DNA of 64,000 bases from contig OZ076409.1 of the NCBI GenBank assembly GCA_964187785.1, positions 34,722,001-34,786,000 of the forward strand, given 5' to 3'. Below, piece by piece: positions 61,978 to 64,000 of this stretch. Origin of the DNA: Amphiscolops sp. MND2022. Lineage: Eukaryota. A model generated the notes under the pieces. That model was not told the origin of the DNA, did no database searches, and saw only the letters and a program-made list of their open reading frames with translations. Each line of letters starts with the position of its first letter. Position 1 is the stretch's first letter. The position numbers and the translations under genes were made by a program.

Positions 61978-64000
61978 AGCCTTAGCTATAGCCGAGATAC
62001 GCAGGAATGCTGATGTCTCCTCGTCTCCTGGAGTGCGGGAGAATGTGGCGAACCTGTATTGAATGAAGCCTCGATTGAAGCACTTTCAAATTTTGACCCC
62101 TTGCAATAGCTTGGCTATGCGATTTTAACTGTACCCGCTGTCCGTGTCAAACAATCTTCTGAAGATCCCACCAATTATGCATGGCGGTTGTTCACCTTTC
62201 GATGTTTTAATGGAACTTGTAATTCGTCTGCATTAATGAGAATTTTATTCAACTGTGTCAAACGTGAAATCTGTATATATAATTCCTGCCAATTTTTCTA
62301 CGCCATGAAAGCTATTTAGGAGAAATTCATCGAGTTCGTCAAATTTAGCGAGACAATTTTTTCGAATAGAAAAAAAACATTATTGGGCGATCAATTATTT
62401 TTTGGTCTAAAAATTCAGGAAACAGAGGGCTCACACCTACTCATTATTCAGAAAAATCTGATGTGTATGTTGAATTTGTAATCAATACTGAAAAGAGTAA
62501 AGTACTTCAACGTTCAATGGTGCCATTTTCTATTGGTCCTAATTCTTTTCGTCAAAATTGATGCCATTTGGTCAATTTTCAATCAAAATATAGTGATTGA
62601 GAAAGTTGATTGAATTTTCATTGTATAACAATGTTTTTGATGATTTATTCTTTGAATCCCCATGAAAGCCTTTATTGCTGCTGTCGTATTCTCAATTACC
62701 CTGCATCCACATTTTTTTAGTCGAGGCTTTTTTCACAAAATGAAAATAATGCTCAGCAAGTTGTTAACGTGCTCTGTAATTTGACTTGTAATTGACGATC
62801 GATTTTCATCTTCAAAATGGGAAATAATTTTGACAATCAACTCCATTGCTCTTGGCCAAATTGATGCCAATTTACAGAGAGTGCTTGAATTGCTTGGTTT
62901 TTAATTTTGTTTCTGCTATTGTAACGTTTTTGCCGTTAGTGTGTGTGCATGTCAACCTTTTTGTATCCACATTTCTCCGTATCTCAATGCTCAAGCTTGA
63001 GTTTGAAGCTCTAATTAACCGATTTTGTATGAAGAACCGCCACGGAAAAGTATTCGCATAATTTTGTTTCTGGTAGAATTAACTATCATGCAAGGTCACG
63101 CATGATGGCAGAGTTCCAACTGATTACGGAAAACGAACAGCCCAAGTCGGCGCCCCGATTGATGCACAAAAAGCAATAAGTAGTTCAAGTCGCCTTTCGG
63201 CACAAGAAAGGCTATTTCCTTACAAAATATCCAACAATTGAGTTGGGCTTCATGTGTTGCATGCCCTGAAAAACCAGAAACGGCATAATTCAGCGCCCTG
63301 TTTAATGCTCAAAATTACTGCGAAGATTTAAGGAACTTTCCGAATAATTCTCGATATCACAGAGTAAAACAAGCCGGGACCTGCCCAAGTCGGCGTCATA
63401 TCTAAGGCTCAAAATAGCAGAAGGACTTCAAAGTGTCAAAGTATTCTCTTCTACAGCACCCGAAAAAGTTTTTTGAAGAAGTTTCACAATGCCGAAAAAC
63501 TGAAGGGGACCATTTGGGATTTTTCAACATTCATTCTGTCGCAAAACTCTAAAAAAAGAAGGGACCCTTTGGGGATAATTTTTTTTCAAAAAAATGTTCC
63601 ACAACGCCGAAAAAACTCAAAGGTGGGACGCTTTTGTCTCGCCCGGTATTGTATGTTACGCGGAAAAAAAAAAGAAAAAACCCTTTTGGTTTAGTTCCCT
63701 GGGCCAACAGGTACATTTTGGGGGCACCTTAAATTTTTGTAGAACTTTTGGTAGAACTATTTTGGTCACTTCAGGTGTATCGAAAAAAACACTGACGAAA
63801 AGCCATGACTATAGTCGACACTTTTCTCAAGAAAGCGCCGTCTAAAAAAAACCAAGGAGAGACTCTTGGGGCTGAAGACTTTTTTACCGTCGACAGTACA
63901 CCAAGAAATCGAAAATTGACACAATTTTTTCAAAGCTTCATTTCCCTACGAATAGTAGCTGCAGCTCAAATCGGTTTTCTGTTCATGAAAGCCTTCTACT

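Larger units (their letters stand above)
59024..64000 (+). repeat. Tandem duplication, period 2954 bp (unit 1 59024-61977; unit 2 from 61978 past the window end)
   Basis: AGCCTTAGCTATAGCCGAGATAC at 59024 and 61978; duplicated ORFs; low divergence. Confidence 0.96.

Overview
This is AT-rich, repeat-dense eukaryotic (animal-like) DNA with no bacterial features, CRISPR arrays or rRNA. Positions 1-34,700 are mostly transposon debris: a decayed APE+RT LINE present twice (1-4400 and 22605-28600) with identical nested MITEs, a full-length decayed Gypsy element with both LTRs (9017-14912), several MITE families, and about ten DINE-1/HINE-like repeats across the window. From about 34,770 to 58,520 runs a multi-exon plus-strand host gene whose N-terminal exons resemble the NCOA6 N-terminal domain. 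Three elements stand out. (1) A 3.26-kb tyrosine-recombinase element (34967-38221) with 21-bp inverted termini, inserted exactly in phase in a (TGA)n microsatellite and carrying repeated subterminal motifs (CryptonV-like). (2) A young, intact Penelope-like element with a 14-15 bp target duplication and a minimal hammerhead ribozyme in each pseudo-LTR. (3) An intronic, internally deleted Helentron that keeps only its endonuclease exon plus a tRNA-like segment and a 403-bp tandem array. The window ends in a 2954-bp tandem duplication. All calls are by eye; no searches were run.
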